Shown: positions 21,083 through 32,183 of the stretch, in pieces
Numbering within the stretch: the stretch's first letter is position 1
How the letters are laid out: each line of letters starts with the position of its first letter
Assembly: GCA_918797485.1 (NCBI GenBank)
Contig: CAKKNE010000005.1
Span: 2,108,001 to 2,172,000 of the forward strand
Direction of reading: 5' to 3'
Source: Pelagomonas calceolata
Lineage: Eukaryota
Length of the DNA: 64,000 nucleotides
Program-made: the position numbers and the translations under genes
The notes under the pieces: model-generated
The model's input: only the letters and a program-made list of their open reading frames with translations
Databases searched by the model: none
What the model was told of the DNA's origin: nothing

Positions 21083-21475
21083 ATGGCGGACGACGCCGCG
21101 CCGGCGGAGCCCGAGCCCGAGCTGCCCTTCCACGAGCGGCCCCAGGACCTGCGCCAGAAGGGAAATGATTATGAAGCTTACCTGAAGAGCACGCTCGGTC
21201 CCCAGGTCGTGGATCTGCTGACGCGGCTCGAGGAGGCCGTCGAATTTGTGCCCGACGGGACGATCCGGCGGCCCGCGGACCCGAGAGCGTGGCTCGCGAC
21301 GGATCTGGCGCGCCAGACGTACGAGGCCGAGAACAGCGTCTTGCGGGACGAGGTCGAGGGCCTGCGCGCCGAGGCGGCGCGGCTGCGGGACATCGAGGAG
21401 GAGCGACGACGCGCGCTCGCGCCGCCGGCGGAGCCCGGGAGCGACGAGGAGGAGGACGAGGAGGAATCTGATTAG
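21083..21475 (+). CDS. Small acidic coiled-coil hypothetical protein
   Basis: 130-aa ORF with coding-like bias, downstream of an upstream-motif copy. Confidence 0.6.
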   Translation: MADDAAPAEPEPELPFHERPQDLRQKGNDYEAYLKSTLGPQVVDLLTRLEEAVEFVPDGTIRRPADPRAWLATDLARQTYEAENSVLRDEVEGLRAEAARLRDIEEERRRALAPPAEPGSDEEEDEEESD

Positions 21476-21811
21476 GAGTGCTCGCGGGTAAATAAGAGGA
21501 TTTGTTTTGACGATAGCGAGTGCGGGTCTGGGGCTCTGCTCTCCCACAGAGGGAGATTGCAATTTGCATAAATTGGTGGGCGCAAGCACGCGCGCCGCCG
21601 TTTTGTGGCTGCCCGCTGTTTACAGAGAGAGTCATTTTGCATTCCGCGCTCGCGGGGCTGCAACGGACGCGGCCGCGATTCGGTCCCCAAGCAAGTGCAG
21701 CAGAGGAGCTGCCATCTTGACGCCGCAGCAAGTCCAACGCGTGGGGGCGGAACCGCTCACCGCGCGCCGCCGCGGTGCGCTGCCCCATAACTAGCGCCGC
21801 GACACGCAAGC

Positions 21812-24518
21812 ATGGAGTCCACGCCGACACGCCCCACACCACCACCAGCCTTCGAGACGCCTTTATCGTATCGACCACCACCGGTCACGCCAACGAAGCA
21901 CAAAGGGCTCTTTCACAGAACCAAAACAATCTCGCCGCCGCCCTCGCCCGTCATACAAGTAAGAAAAAGGGGCCCGCGCATGTCCCGCACGCAAGAGATT
22001 GGCTTCGCTCTTAGAGAGTTATGGAAGACGCATGAGGATGTCTACCACGACTACGTCGGAGATGAACGAAGGGTGCGATATTTGCTCGCTACTTGGCTCG
22101 GGCCGAAATATCAGAGACAGCTACGAATAGGAAGGTTACATGTCCGATTGATTGAGGCGGCGAACCTACCGGCAGCTGATCTGGGTGGAACGTCGGACCC
22201 CTATGTTGTGGCGACATTAACAGGATGGAATAAGTATGGCGACGAGTGGTCCATGTACGGCTGGCGCGACGCGCAAACGTCACAGGTCAAGCCCAAGACT
22301 CTATCACCTAGATGGTATGAAGATAAGTACTTCGCCGTACCTCGCCACGACGCCTGGCTGCGCGTAGAAGTGTTTGACAAGGACAACCAGTCCACTGATG
22401 ACTTGTTAGGTAGTGTGGAGATACAATTGAAGGATCTAAGTCATGTCGGGGCGGTGAAGCGGTGGTTCCCCTTATCAGTACCCGGTCACTCCGAGACGGC
22501 CGCAGCTATCCACTTGTATTTACATTACGACGTCTCCGCATTGGGCGAAGCTTTATCAATGGTCTGGGCCGAGCAGCCCAAATCAACGAACAAAACTCCG
22601 TTTGACGCGAACCGCTTCTACGCGAACGCCATTGAATTGCAGAAGGAACTAGAACCCTATTTGGCATTTGCTTCATCCCTAGAAAAAGTATTAGCGTGGA
22701 AGAGCCCCTCCACAAAACGCTGGTTTTTACTCGCGTTAATCGCGGCCTACTTCGCGGAGTACGTCTGGGAGTTGATACATCTCTCGATTATCTTATTGTT
22801 GGTGAGGAATTTGCAGAGAAAACGATTCCGCGAACACATACGCACAGAAGCCAAACACTGCTTCGCGAAGGTCGACAACGATGGCGGCGGCACGTTGGAT
22901 CGGGCGGAGATTGGTCTCGCGATCGCGCAGCTCGCCATGAAAAGAAAGACGACTCCGCCGCCCGATGCTGAGGTCGACAAACTCTTTGCAAAAGCAGACG
23001 TCGATAAAGGCGGGTCATTGGACTTAAACGAGTTCGCGCAGCTCTGCCTGGACTCGCCGTCGCTCATGGGGCTAGACGTTACGGAGGAAGAGGAGGAGGA
23101 GGTCGTCGGCTGTGTGGAATCAACCAGTGCGTCGGGTGCTCTGACGCGACCGTGCTGGCTCCGTCCAGCGGTGATGGACGTGCCGTAAAACTTTGATCTT
23201 CACACAGGTCGTCGGCGACGCGGAAACGGAGAGACTACTGCGAGGCAGTCCCAAGAAGAAGGCCCTCGTGAAGCTGCCCTCGTTCCGTTCCAGCTCCAGT
23301 CAAGAAGAGGAAGAAGTAGCCCATGACAAGAAGAAGGGCCCCTTTCATGGGATGACGAAGAAGGTCGTGAACCTGGCCGCCAATAAAGCGGGGAAGGCAC
23401 CGGCCAAATTGATGTTGAAATTAGGCGCGACGGCGTCCGACGTGAGGAAATTGCGCGATTTATTCAACTGGGAGGACGCGACCAAGACCCTGGGGTTCTT
23501 GCTCGTGAATCTGGTAGCGGCGGTTTTACATTTCTATTTACCAATACGGTACTTTGCGATGCCCGTGGTCGTGGGCATGTTCTTCGTGCTGTCGGAGAAG
23601 TCCAAGGCTATCGAAAGAATAGCGTCGCACGCCTTCTCTGCTAGAAAACGGTACGTGCATCTCCGACGGCTGAAGAAGGGCTACGCCGAGCCTACTTCTC
23701 CATTACTAAGGTTGCCGACGGCGCGGCCCGTGCCGCAGCACAAGAAAAGTCATTTGCCATCCTTTGGTAGAGGGCACAACCGGCAACTCGTCAAAAGCGT
23801 GGTGCGAGGCATCTTCTCCCGGCTCGACGACGACGCGTCTGGCAGCGTCGACGGCCGCGAGCTCATCAGCTTCGTGGAGGAGGCCTTGCCGCGGGCCACG
23901 CCTCGGGCCGTTGCTAAATTAGGAGGCGACGCGGCGACGGCGAAGCTGGCCGTCGAACGGCTCGTGCAGAAGTTTGATGTCAACGGGGACGGCCAGATCG
24001 ACCGCACGGAGTTTGAGAGCATCGTGCAGAAGTCCGGTTGTGTCGACGTGCTGACGCAGGATGAGTTGAGAAGGCAACTGACGGCCGAGGGCGGGCTCCA
24101 TTGTAGTAAGAGACCGTCGTACGAAGCCCACTTTCCCATGACGGCGTCTCATACCACTTCCTTGAATGTGCAAGCGAGTAACAAGAAGGTCGACGGGTAC
24201 CGTATTCACAAATTGGTCTGGACGACGGTCAAAGGCGAGACGAAGAGCGCGGACGACGTTAAAAGAGTAGTGGCCTCGATGACCGCGCCGTCGGTATTGC
24301 TGGTCCACCGCGCGTCGACGGCTCCCTTACAATTCGACGTGGGAGTCTTCTTCCGGGACCCGTTGGTGGATCTGCTGACGATGCTCTGCACGGGGCGGCC
24401 GTTGGAAGCGGGCCAGGCGCTGGACCCGTCGCGGATCGACGCCATATCCATTAAATCGCCGTCATCAAGAGCGCTGCGCCTGGAGAACTCGGACGGAGAG
24501 ATTGGGGAGGACTTTTAA
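21812..24518 (+). CDS. C2-domain, transmembrane, multi-EF-hand protein (MCTP-like); exons 21812-23101, 23208-24518
   Basis: C2 (LIEAANLPAADLGGTSDPYV...FDKD...DDLLG), TM segments, EF hands DNDGGGTLD, DVDKGGSLD, DDDASGSVD, DVNGDGQID. Confidence 0.8.
23102..23207 (+). mobile_element. Young introner intron (106 nt): perfect 8-bp TSD + TIR
   Basis: GTCGTCGG at 23102-23109 and 23208-23215; element 23110-23207 CTGTGTGGAATCAA...TTGATCTTCACACAG; removal restores EEE-VVGDAE. Confidence 0.9.
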
Positions 24519-24576
24519 TTCATATGTACTAGTAGTACTACTAGTCTTACTGACAATGTGCGGCAGGGACTCCTAT

Positions 24577-25497
24577 TTACATGTAATCCTCATCAACATT
24601 TTTGTCCAGAGCCGCAACCAGCGCACAGCGCACCGCCTCACGATTCCGGTGATCAACCCCAGCGAGATGGGTGAGCAGTAATTGAAACTCACTCCGGCTC
24701 ACGTCGACCAAATGATCTGCTTGATCATGTAGCCCCATATACAGCTTGATCCGAAACAAATCACCGTTGCCATTCGAATCATGAAACAGTTCAAACGACA
24801 AGGAAGGCTTAAAATGATAAGGCTTCATGTTCGAAGACCACTGATTATACAGTCGACTTCGAGCCTCATAAAGGTAAGGTTGCCAATTAACACCAAAATC
24901 TCCTATGGGTTGCGCGAAACTAAAACACCCGAGGGCGATCATAACCGAATCAGCCTCACGAACCGCGACGACGGATATCTTGAGGCTCTCCATCAAGCTG
25001 TCGTCATACTCATCTCGAGTAGGAACGTGTGCCAGGTGGTTGACCATGCCTTCCCAGGAGCGCATTCTTGCATCCAAGAGTCGAGACGGTAATAATACTA
25101 AGGACTCATCCCCTAAAGAAGGGTTAGACACGCAGCACGACGGCATGGCGCTTAGGTCGCCCTCCCAAATTAACTCGTCGTCCTCTTCGATTCGTATGAA
25201 GTAAGTAAAGTCCGTAAACTTGTTATTTCTCTGGTCTGGTTCCTCCGGGCGAGGCGGATTTGGCGCAGAGCGCGAGAGGTCGGCCGCGAGCCGCCGGCGG
25301 AGCGCTTGCGACCGCACCCGCGAGATGGCGTCCTGCTCCAAGACGTCGCGGGTGGTGCGCGGCGGGCACTGCACGGCCGCCAGCAGCCTCCAGGCATTCG
25401 TTTCGCGCACCTCGGTGCGCAGGGCTTTGCTGCAGGATAACCGGCCCAAGGACTCTGCAGTCAGGAATTCAATCAGCTCCGGGCGCAAGGGGATCAT
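24577..25497 (-). CDS. Hypothetical protein with F-box-like N-terminus
   Basis: LRPELIEFLTAESLGRLSCSKALR...W resembles a degenerate F-box; TATATATA at 25525-25532 upstream; AT-richer body. Confidence 0.6.
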   Translation of the reverse strand: MIPLRPELIEFLTAESLGRLSCSKALRTEVRETNAWRLLAAVQCPPRTTRDVLEQDAISRVRSQALRRRLAADLSRSAPNPPRPEEPDQRNNKFTDFTYFIRIEEDDELIWEGDLSAMPSCCVSNPSLGDESLVLLPSRLLDARMRSWEGMVNHLAHVPTRDEYDDSLMESLKISVVAVREADSVMIALGCFSFAQPIGDFGVNWQPYLYEARSRLYNQWSSNMKPYHFKPSLSFELFHDSNGNGDLFRIKLYMGLHDQADHLVDVSRSEFQLLLTHLAGVDHRNREAVRCALVAALDKNVDEDYM

Positions 25498-25621
25498 GGT
25501 TGCAAGCTATCGATGGAAGCCTTGTATATATAGGCAGGGGCAGCCCTTTGTGCCGACCGGAGCGCGCAATTGCGCATGCAAATCAAACGCGCACGGGTTT
25601 CGCGCGATTTGTTAACTAAAT

Positions 25622-26716
25622 TTACCCGTCGCCAGCCGCCGCCTGGGCCTGGAACTTCCCGAGGATGTGGTACTCCGTCCCGACGCCGATGCGCGGCGTC
25701 CGCTTCACGACCAGGCCGCCCGTCGTCCCGAGCGTCAACGAAGCCCCGGCCGCCAGGCCCGGGAACGGCCCCGCGCCCCCATCCCTCGAGCCGCCCAGAT
25801 ACCGCTCAACCCGCTCGAGCCGCCGCATCGCAGCGTTCTTCTCGTCCAGTGCCAGCACTTGCTTCCGCAGCCCAAATATTTTCGCGAGCGGGTTCGCCTT
25901 CACGGCCTCGTCCGCCAGCTCCGCAGAACGCGTTTCAGCTTCCTCATACCGTTCCCTCGCTTCCTTCCGCGCCTCCGCGCCTCGCTCCAGCTCGATTTCT
26001 TGCCAGACCGGCGCAGTGAAAAAGACCCTACCAGGAGGTAAGGTGACGTCGTTCCGCTTCGCCTCCTCGGGAAACTCGAGCCAGAACCGCAACAGCGCGG
26101 GCTTCTGCGGCGGCTTCGGCGGCTGGATCGCCCAGGCCCCTCCTCTGACGGGCACCGTGACCTTCCCTCCAACGCCCACAAAGCTCGCCTCTCCCTGAGG
26201 TCTCACGCGAAAGCAGGTCTGCCCCACCAGCGCCTCGGGCTCGCCGGGGTACGGTTCACTGTCGAACTCTACCGTAATAGGGAGTAGGAGTCGCGCGCCG
26301 CTCGCCGCCCACTCTTCCGGCATCCACGTCCCGGTTTCTCTACCTATCGATAGACTAAGCTTCCAGGAGGCCTTCGTGAGCTTGTTCTTTTGCGCGAGCT
26401 TCGTGAGATCCGGCGCGTCGTCGTCGATCACCTCGAGCGCGCCCGCGTCGTCGGAATAGTCGTCGTCGCTCAAGTTCGCGACGCACTCGTCGTCGTTCGG
26501 TGCGCACTCGACGTCCTCGACCTCGTCACTATAGATGCGCGTCGTCGACGGCCTCGGGCGCTGCGGCCGAGATGTGCGGGTCGCTGGCCTCGGACGGTGC
26601 GAGAGCCGAGATGTGCGGGTCGTCGACGGCTGCGGGAGTCCGGACCATACCAAAGATAGGGCTGGGAACAGTGCGGTGAGAAGGAGCCAAAGCACGGACT
26701 TCTGACAGCGATGCAT
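25622..26716 (-). CDS. Uncharacterised protein, probably plastid-targeted
   Basis: Signal-like hydrophobic N-terminus, then an S/T/R-rich transit-like stretch and a globular domain (WKLSLSIGRETGTWMP..WAASGARL). Confidence 0.7.
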   Translation of the reverse strand: MHRCQKSVLWLLLTALFPALSLVWSGLPQPSTTRTSRLSHRPRPATRTSRPQRPRPSTTRIYSDEVEDVECAPNDDECVANLSDDDYSDDAGALEVIDDDAPDLTKLAQKNKLTKASWKLSLSIGRETGTWMPEEWAASGARLLLPITVEFDSEPYPGEPEALVGQTCFRVRPQGEASFVGVGGKVTVPVRGGAWAIQPPKPPQKPALLRFWLEFPEEAKRNDVTLPPGRVFFTAPVWQEIELERGAEARKEARERYEEAETRSAELADEAVKANPLAKIFGLRKQVLALDEKNAAMRRLERVERYLGGSRDGGAGPFPGLAAGASLTLGTTGGLVVKRTPRIGVGTEYHILGKFQAQAAAGDG

Positions 26717-27018
26717 TGTGTGGCGGAGGGCTGCGGTAAAGACCACAACTTCGCACAGCCCAGGAGCCCGAGATGCAGCCGTAACTGCTCGTAAACCTAA
26801 CTCGTGCAAAAACCGAGCTAGCGTCGTGTAAGACACTAGCAAGAATCCGTGCTTGCTTTGACGATCGATTACTCCGTCGCAAGACGCCGCCGGCGCGCTC
26901 GCGCCAGCGCAAGAGACGACCGACACCCTGGAGAAGCTGTGAGCCGAAGGCCGTGACCGAAACGGTCGAGTATACGCTACAAAAGCCTACCCAGCCTACG
27001 CAGCCAAAAAAAGCAGCC

Positions 27019-27858
27019 ATGCCCAAGCCCCCGAAGGCACCCAAGCCCAAGAAGGACCGCAAACTAAACGTCGACCTCCTCTGCAAGATGGCCGGCAAAG
27101 AAACCGAGAGAAGAGTACCCCTACCGGACGGCACCAAATTAGAAGCGAGAACCGCGAACCTAAGGCGGGCAAAAGTAGCCATACTATTATGCCCGCCGCT
27201 GCCGCCGAACGGTAATTGTTATGCGCCCGAGGTCGGGTGCCTGCAGGCAGCGCTGGCGCTGGACGGCTACTGCACGGTGCGGTTTAATTTTAGGGGAGTC
27301 GGCAAGAGCACGGGGTCGACGTACTTCCGGAGCCCGCAGCGCGAATGTGAGGATGTGAGGGATATCTGTCGGTGGCTCCACGCCTACCGCAAGCACCTCG
27401 GGGAGGAACCCCTGCAGTCGGTTTGGGTTGCTGGTGTGTCGTATGGATCATGTATAGGGTCCGCCGCGGCGGGGCTGTATGACGAATTTAGTGGGTATGT
27501 AGCCGTGTCCTACCCGGCGTCGTACCTGTGGTACTGCTGCAACCTGCAGGGCGACACGTTTTTGCAATATGCGAGAACGCCGAAACCCAAACTCTTCCTG
27601 AGCGGCGACGTCGACGTGTTCGCTGGTAAGAAAGCTACGGACGAAGTCGTGAAGTCCATGCCGGTGCCTGTGTATCATGTGGCCTGCCCGACGCTCGATA
27701 GTACATTAGGCCACTATTTTCGACGGCAAGAAGATTTGGAGGTGTTGCGGCGGGAGGCGCTCGCGTTCTTCCGGAAGCACGCGCCGACGCCTGGGTTAGA
27801 TGGTGATCCGAAACCCCGAGCGGTGGCGAAGCCGCGGCCGAAGAGCCCTGTTGTATAA
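27019..27858 (+). CDS. Alpha/beta hydrolase family protein
   Basis: VRFNFRGVGKSTG, nucleophile elbow GVSYG, KPKLFLSGDVD, GHYF. Confidence 0.85.
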   Translation: MPKPPKAPKPKKDRKLNVDLLCKMAGKETERRVPLPDGTKLEARTANLRRAKVAILLCPPLPPNGNCYAPEVGCLQAALALDGYCTVRFNFRGVGKSTGSTYFRSPQRECEDVRDICRWLHAYRKHLGEEPLQSVWVAGVSYGSCIGSAAAGLYDEFSGYVAVSYPASYLWYCCNLQGDTFLQYARTPKPKLFLSGDVDVFAGKKATDEVVKSMPVPVYHVACPTLDSTLGHYFRRQEDLEVLRREALAFFRKHAPTPGLDGDPKPRAVAKPRPKSPVV

Positions 27859-27898
27859 GTATGTGATTACTCTGGACAACAAAATGAACACTCCGGGG

Positions 27899-29434
27899 CT
27901 ACTCGAGACTCTTCGACCCGCGCTCCGAGAAGCCGATCGACCCGCGCCGCCGCTCGTCCCAGGGCAAGGACGGCGCGCGCGCGAAAATTGAGGGCGACGG
28001 CGGCGGCGAGCCGTCCGCGCCGGGCAGCAGGTGGACCGTCTCGCTGTAGCCGCCGGCAACCGTAGCGCGCACCTCGATGACGGCGGCGTCGGCGCCGGCC
28101 AGCGTCCGCGGCGCCTCGGTCGTCGCCGTCTCGTCGACGACGCGCACGCGCGGCCGGTTGTGCATGTATGCTAGTAAAGCTCGCGCCGGCGTGGCGTGCG
28201 TGATCACCAGCGTCGGCGCCACGGACCCCTCGATGTCGATAATCACAGGCTCGAGGCGGTCGGCGAGGTCGCGGTGCGCGTCCCGCCGGCCCTCCTTCAC
28301 GAACGGGTCGAGGGCAGCAGTATACGAAGCCTCCACGTCCAACGCCCCGGCGACCGCGCGCGCTCGGATCGACGCCGAGCAAAAAACGTGGAGAGGCGGC
28401 TCCTTGGCTGAAGCGCACCAGGCCCTCAATCGCAGCGCCAGATCCTTCTCGGCGTCCTCGGCTGCAGCGACGGCCTTACGGTACTCGGCCTCGCGCGTAG
28501 TTCTACCGGAAGTGGAGATGCCGCGCGGCGCCAGGGCTACTAAGTAGATGGGTCTTTCATCCACATGGATCGCGAGTAGGAACGGTAAGACCACTCGAGT
28601 GATCCGGCCGAAACATAATGAACAAGTAACCTTTGAGCTAAAGTTGTAGATCGTTATATACGAGGCGCCTTCGCTGTCGGACAACGGTTCGTAGGCCGAC
28701 TCGTAGTGCGCGTTCCTACGTCGTAAGTCAGCTAGAGCCGTGGCCTCGTCGAGCCCGGCGAAGTCCGGCGAGTTCCGGACCTTGACCAGCATATTACTAT
28801 GTAACACATAAGGATCGGTGCAGATCGTCTCGATGAAGACGACGCCGCAGGCCTTGCCCGTGCCCTCGAAGCGCCTTTTCACCCTATCCAAAATAGCTTT
28901 CCGGCGCTGCCTTGTCGAGTTCGTCGCGTCGAAGATCCCCACCTCGCCCTCGCCGCTCTCCAAGTAGTCAAATAACGAATCGAGCGTGTCCATGGCTATG
29001 GACTCCCGCCGCGCCGCCGCGTCCTTGTTGGCATTATCAAAGAAGGCCGCGTGAGAATGTGGTGATCGCAAGTTCTTCTCCAATGAATCGTCGCTCGCCG
29101 CTCGACGTCTTTGACCCGCATTAAAGACCTGGCACTCCAGGCCGCGCCACGCTAAGAACGAGCGGAGCTTGGCTCCAATGAATGACTTTCCGCGCGCCGG
29201 GAGGCCGACCAATGCTAGCACCAAGTAATCGCCGTCCTGCGTTAAGGCTCGCCGCGCCGCCACAGCCGCGACGTGCTGGAGATGCGTCGTATCGACCGTA
29301 TCCTGGGAATAGTAGTCGACCTGGGAACTGGTCTTGCGCATCCTCGGGGCGTCATTGGAGTCGACCGTGCGCTCGCCATCGTCGTCTCCGTCGGTGCCCC
29401 AGCACTCGTCGCTGTCCTTCCGCCAGCAAGACAT
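27899..29434 (-). CDS. 6-phosphofructo-2-kinase with degenerate fructose-2,6-bisphosphatase domain
   Basis: VGLPARGKS, FNAGQRRR, IFDATNSTR.RR, SPDF, YE..YEPL; the phosphatase RHG motif is absent. Confidence 0.88.
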   Translation of the reverse strand: MSCWRKDSDECWGTDGDDDGERTVDSNDAPRMRKTSSQVDYYSQDTVDTTHLQHVAAVAARRALTQDGDYLVLALVGLPARGKSFIGAKLRSFLAWRGLECQVFNAGQRRRAASDDSLEKNLRSPHSHAAFFDNANKDAAARRESIAMDTLDSLFDYLESGEGEVGIFDATNSTRQRRKAILDRVKRRFEGTGKACGVVFIETICTDPYVLHSNMLVKVRNSPDFAGLDEATALADLRRRNAHYESAYEPLSDSEGASYITIYNFSSKVTCSLCFGRITRVVLPFLLAIHVDERPIYLVALAPRGISTSGRTTREAEYRKAVAAAEDAEKDLALRLRAWCASAKEPPLHVFCSASIRARAVAGALDVEASYTAALDPFVKEGRRDAHRDLADRLEPVIIDIEGSVAPTLVITHATPARALLAYMHNRPRVRVVDETATTEAPRTLAGADAAVIEVRATVAGGYSETVHLLPGADGSPPPSPSIFARAPSLPWDERRRGSIGFSERGSKSLE

Positions 29435-29880
29435 GCTGTACGTAGGATCGAAAGCGGTTTGTAGCAGGTCGTGGTCGCGTCGGTCGTGGTCGCGTCGGTT
29501 CGGTTGTGGCGGCTCAGCAGCACCGGGAGCACCTCTTGTTGTACTGCCTCTTTGAGTGCCTTAGGTCGCCGTTACGCGCGCGGAAACGTTTTGCAGTGCT
29601 TATGTGTGATCTATGCACGCGTGGTAGTGCTGTACCTCCGGCTGCCCCCCTGGCGATTGCTGGCCCCGTTTGAGGTCAGACCCAGGCTAAAGACAAGCTC
29701 TGCCATCTCTCTGCCAGCGCTGCCTAGCCCCTTCGAAGTGCTGTGAATCGAAGCTGTGCCAATACAAACGTCGCGAGCCAGCTGTCTATGCGACCGACGC
29801 TTGCGACGGCACTAATCGTAAGCCTGCAGCGGCTGGAGGCACACCTGGGCAGCTTTGACCGCACACGAACCACACGAACC

Positions 29881-31087
29881 ATGGCGGAACACGTGCAGCG
29901 ACCGGAGTACTCGGTCGCGCCGCCGGCGCGGCTCTGCCTGCAAGACGACGCGCCGGCGGCGGCCACGGGCGGCCGCCGCTGCGTGCCGCCGAGCGAGCCG
30001 GTGCCGCTCAAGATGGCGCGTTACCGAGTCCTGAATCATCGAGTTACGCCATCGCCGCGACGTGTGCCTCTGCACGCAGGGCTTTCTGCACAAATTGTTC
30101 GGCGCGCACGATATCCGGGGACGAGGATCCGACGTGCCCGGTTGTGCCCACGCCGACCCGTTCTTCCTGTGCGACGCCGTACGGCTGCCACGCCATGCGA
30201 AGCCCCCGTTCTGTGCTCATCCGCATAGCGGCGCCGGCGTCATCTCTCTGCTGTTCCGCGCGGCCTGCACCGTGCGGCCGTGGGACAACGTGCAGGGCGC
30301 CGAGGCGGAAGCGTTGCGCGCGGGCGGCATCTATCACGTCGACACCGGTGCGGGCTGTGTGCACGACGAGCCCTTCGACCCGCTATCGAGCGGGGAGACG
30401 TTCGGAGGACGGTTCGACCAGCAGGGCCCGCCCGTACCGGCGGACGGCGATGCGAGTTGGCTGGCGCAGTTGTGGTACGATGCGCTGCCCGAGGATGAGA
30501 ACGCGCCGCCGCGACCCGTGTCTTCGGCCGTGGGGCGGCCGGAAGACGTGCCAGTCGTGCGCGACGAAGGGCTCGCCGTGCGAGTACTTGTCGGTAACTA
30601 TGGTGGCGTGACGGGACCCGTGACGGCGGCGCTACCACTCGTCATCCTCCACGGGCGCGTCGACGGCGCGGCGACGCTGGCCTCGCTGCCTCCTGGGCAT
30701 AACGGATTCATCTGGGTGCTCGACGGCGCGCTCACGGCCGGCGGCGCGACGCTGACCTACGGCGAGCGAGGGCTCGGGCTGCTCCCGCCCGGCGGGGACC
30801 GGCTCCGGCTCGAAGGTGCTGCGGAGTTTTTCGTGGGACTGGGGCCACCGCGCCGCGTCCCGCACTACAAGTACGTCGGCTACGGCGGCGGGTTTGTGAG
30901 CCGTAGCGTCGCCGGCGTCGAGGCGGCGATGAGCGAGTACGAGCGCGACCCGCGGGCCTTCGGCCGGACGACCGCAGTCGCTCCGTCCACGGACCACCTG
31001 GACCTGGTGGGGGGCTTTCAGGACGACGACGGGCCGATGGAGGAGCGACCGGCGGGGGTCGTGGCGCGGTTTACGTATCGTAAATGA
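29881..31087 (+). CDS. Pirin-family (bicupin) protein; exons 29881-30015, 30080-31087 (GC-AG intron)
   Basis: DPFFLCD...F.AHPHSG...GAGCVHDE...QLW pirin motifs; ATG|GCGCGT...GCACGCAG|G joins the two ORFs in frame. Confidence 0.8.
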
Positions 31088-31275
31088 TGAAATGTGTGCG
31101 CGTGGCTGCTTCTTGGCTAGCTACTGTTCCGCTCGTTGGCTAGTGTGTTACAGCCGCTAGCTACTCCAAACGAGGTCGCGGCACGTGCTCTGCAGAGCTA
31201 ACGAACTGCAGCCAAAAAGGCTCGTGCGTTATTGATTTCGTTGGTACTGCTAACGAAGCACTTACTTTCAGAGCG

Positions 31276-31891
31276 ATGGCGCGCAACGCATTGCTGATCC
31301 TGGCAGCCTCTGCTGGGGCCCTGAAACCCACCAGGCTCGCGCGGCGACGTATCATGCATGGCGCCGCCGCCGCTTTAATAACAACACTACCAATGGCCGC
31401 AGTAGCACAGGAGAAGGGCTTGAGCTTCGGCGAGGCGATCGGCAAGGAGCTGGGCATCGTCGACGGCAAGAAGGTCGAGCTGCCCGCCATCCTGTCGGAC
31501 AAGCCGTCGTCGGCCCGTGCGGGACTCAATTTCGCGGCGCCGCCGTGCGCAATCGTCGCGACGCAGGTTCAAAAACATGAAGTGCACGCCGTCGGCATGG
31601 CGCCAGTGCCCCGACCAGGCGGCGCAGAGCCCCGCGGCGCGGGGCAACAAGGAGACCGAGGACCAGCTCGCGAACAAATTTACGAGAAGGCGGGCGCAGC
31701 TGCAGATCGAGAAGGCGGGCGGCAGCCTCGGCGACGCGGCGCCGGACGCGCCCAAGCCGCCGCCCGTGGAGGCGACGTCCAAGGCCCAGGGCCTCCCCGA
31801 GCCGTGGGTCGAGGTCACGGACGAGAAGACCGGCAAGGTCTACTACGGCAACACGAAGACGGGCGCGACGCAGTGGGCGAGGCCCGAGTAG
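31276..31891 (+). CDS. Signal/transit-peptide protein with C-terminal WW domain; intron ~31506-31566 (donor uncertain)
   Basis: N-terminal MARNALLILAASAGAL; LPEPWVEVTDEKTGKVYYGNTKTGATQWARP; acceptor ACGCAG|G at 31566. Confidence 0.7.
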
Positions 31892-32183
31892 GAGCTAAGT
31901 TTTATGCCATAGATCCCTAGATTCGACGCGTTCGACGCCGTTCGTGTGAGGGATTAAAACCCGCGAGATAAGGCCGAGGTTCAGATTTTGGCGTTGCTGG
32001 GGCAGCCCAAAAGCTATTCCAACGCGGCCCCAGACGCCGCTCAGCACGATTGAGCCCCGCGACAGGCCCGCGGGGAGCGAGGACGCCGACCCGCCCCTGT
32101 GTGGTCTGACCTGCGGCCTGGGCGCCTGCGGCTCGGACTCGACCGACGCGCCGCAGTCCCCCATCGACTTGCGGGAGGCGACC

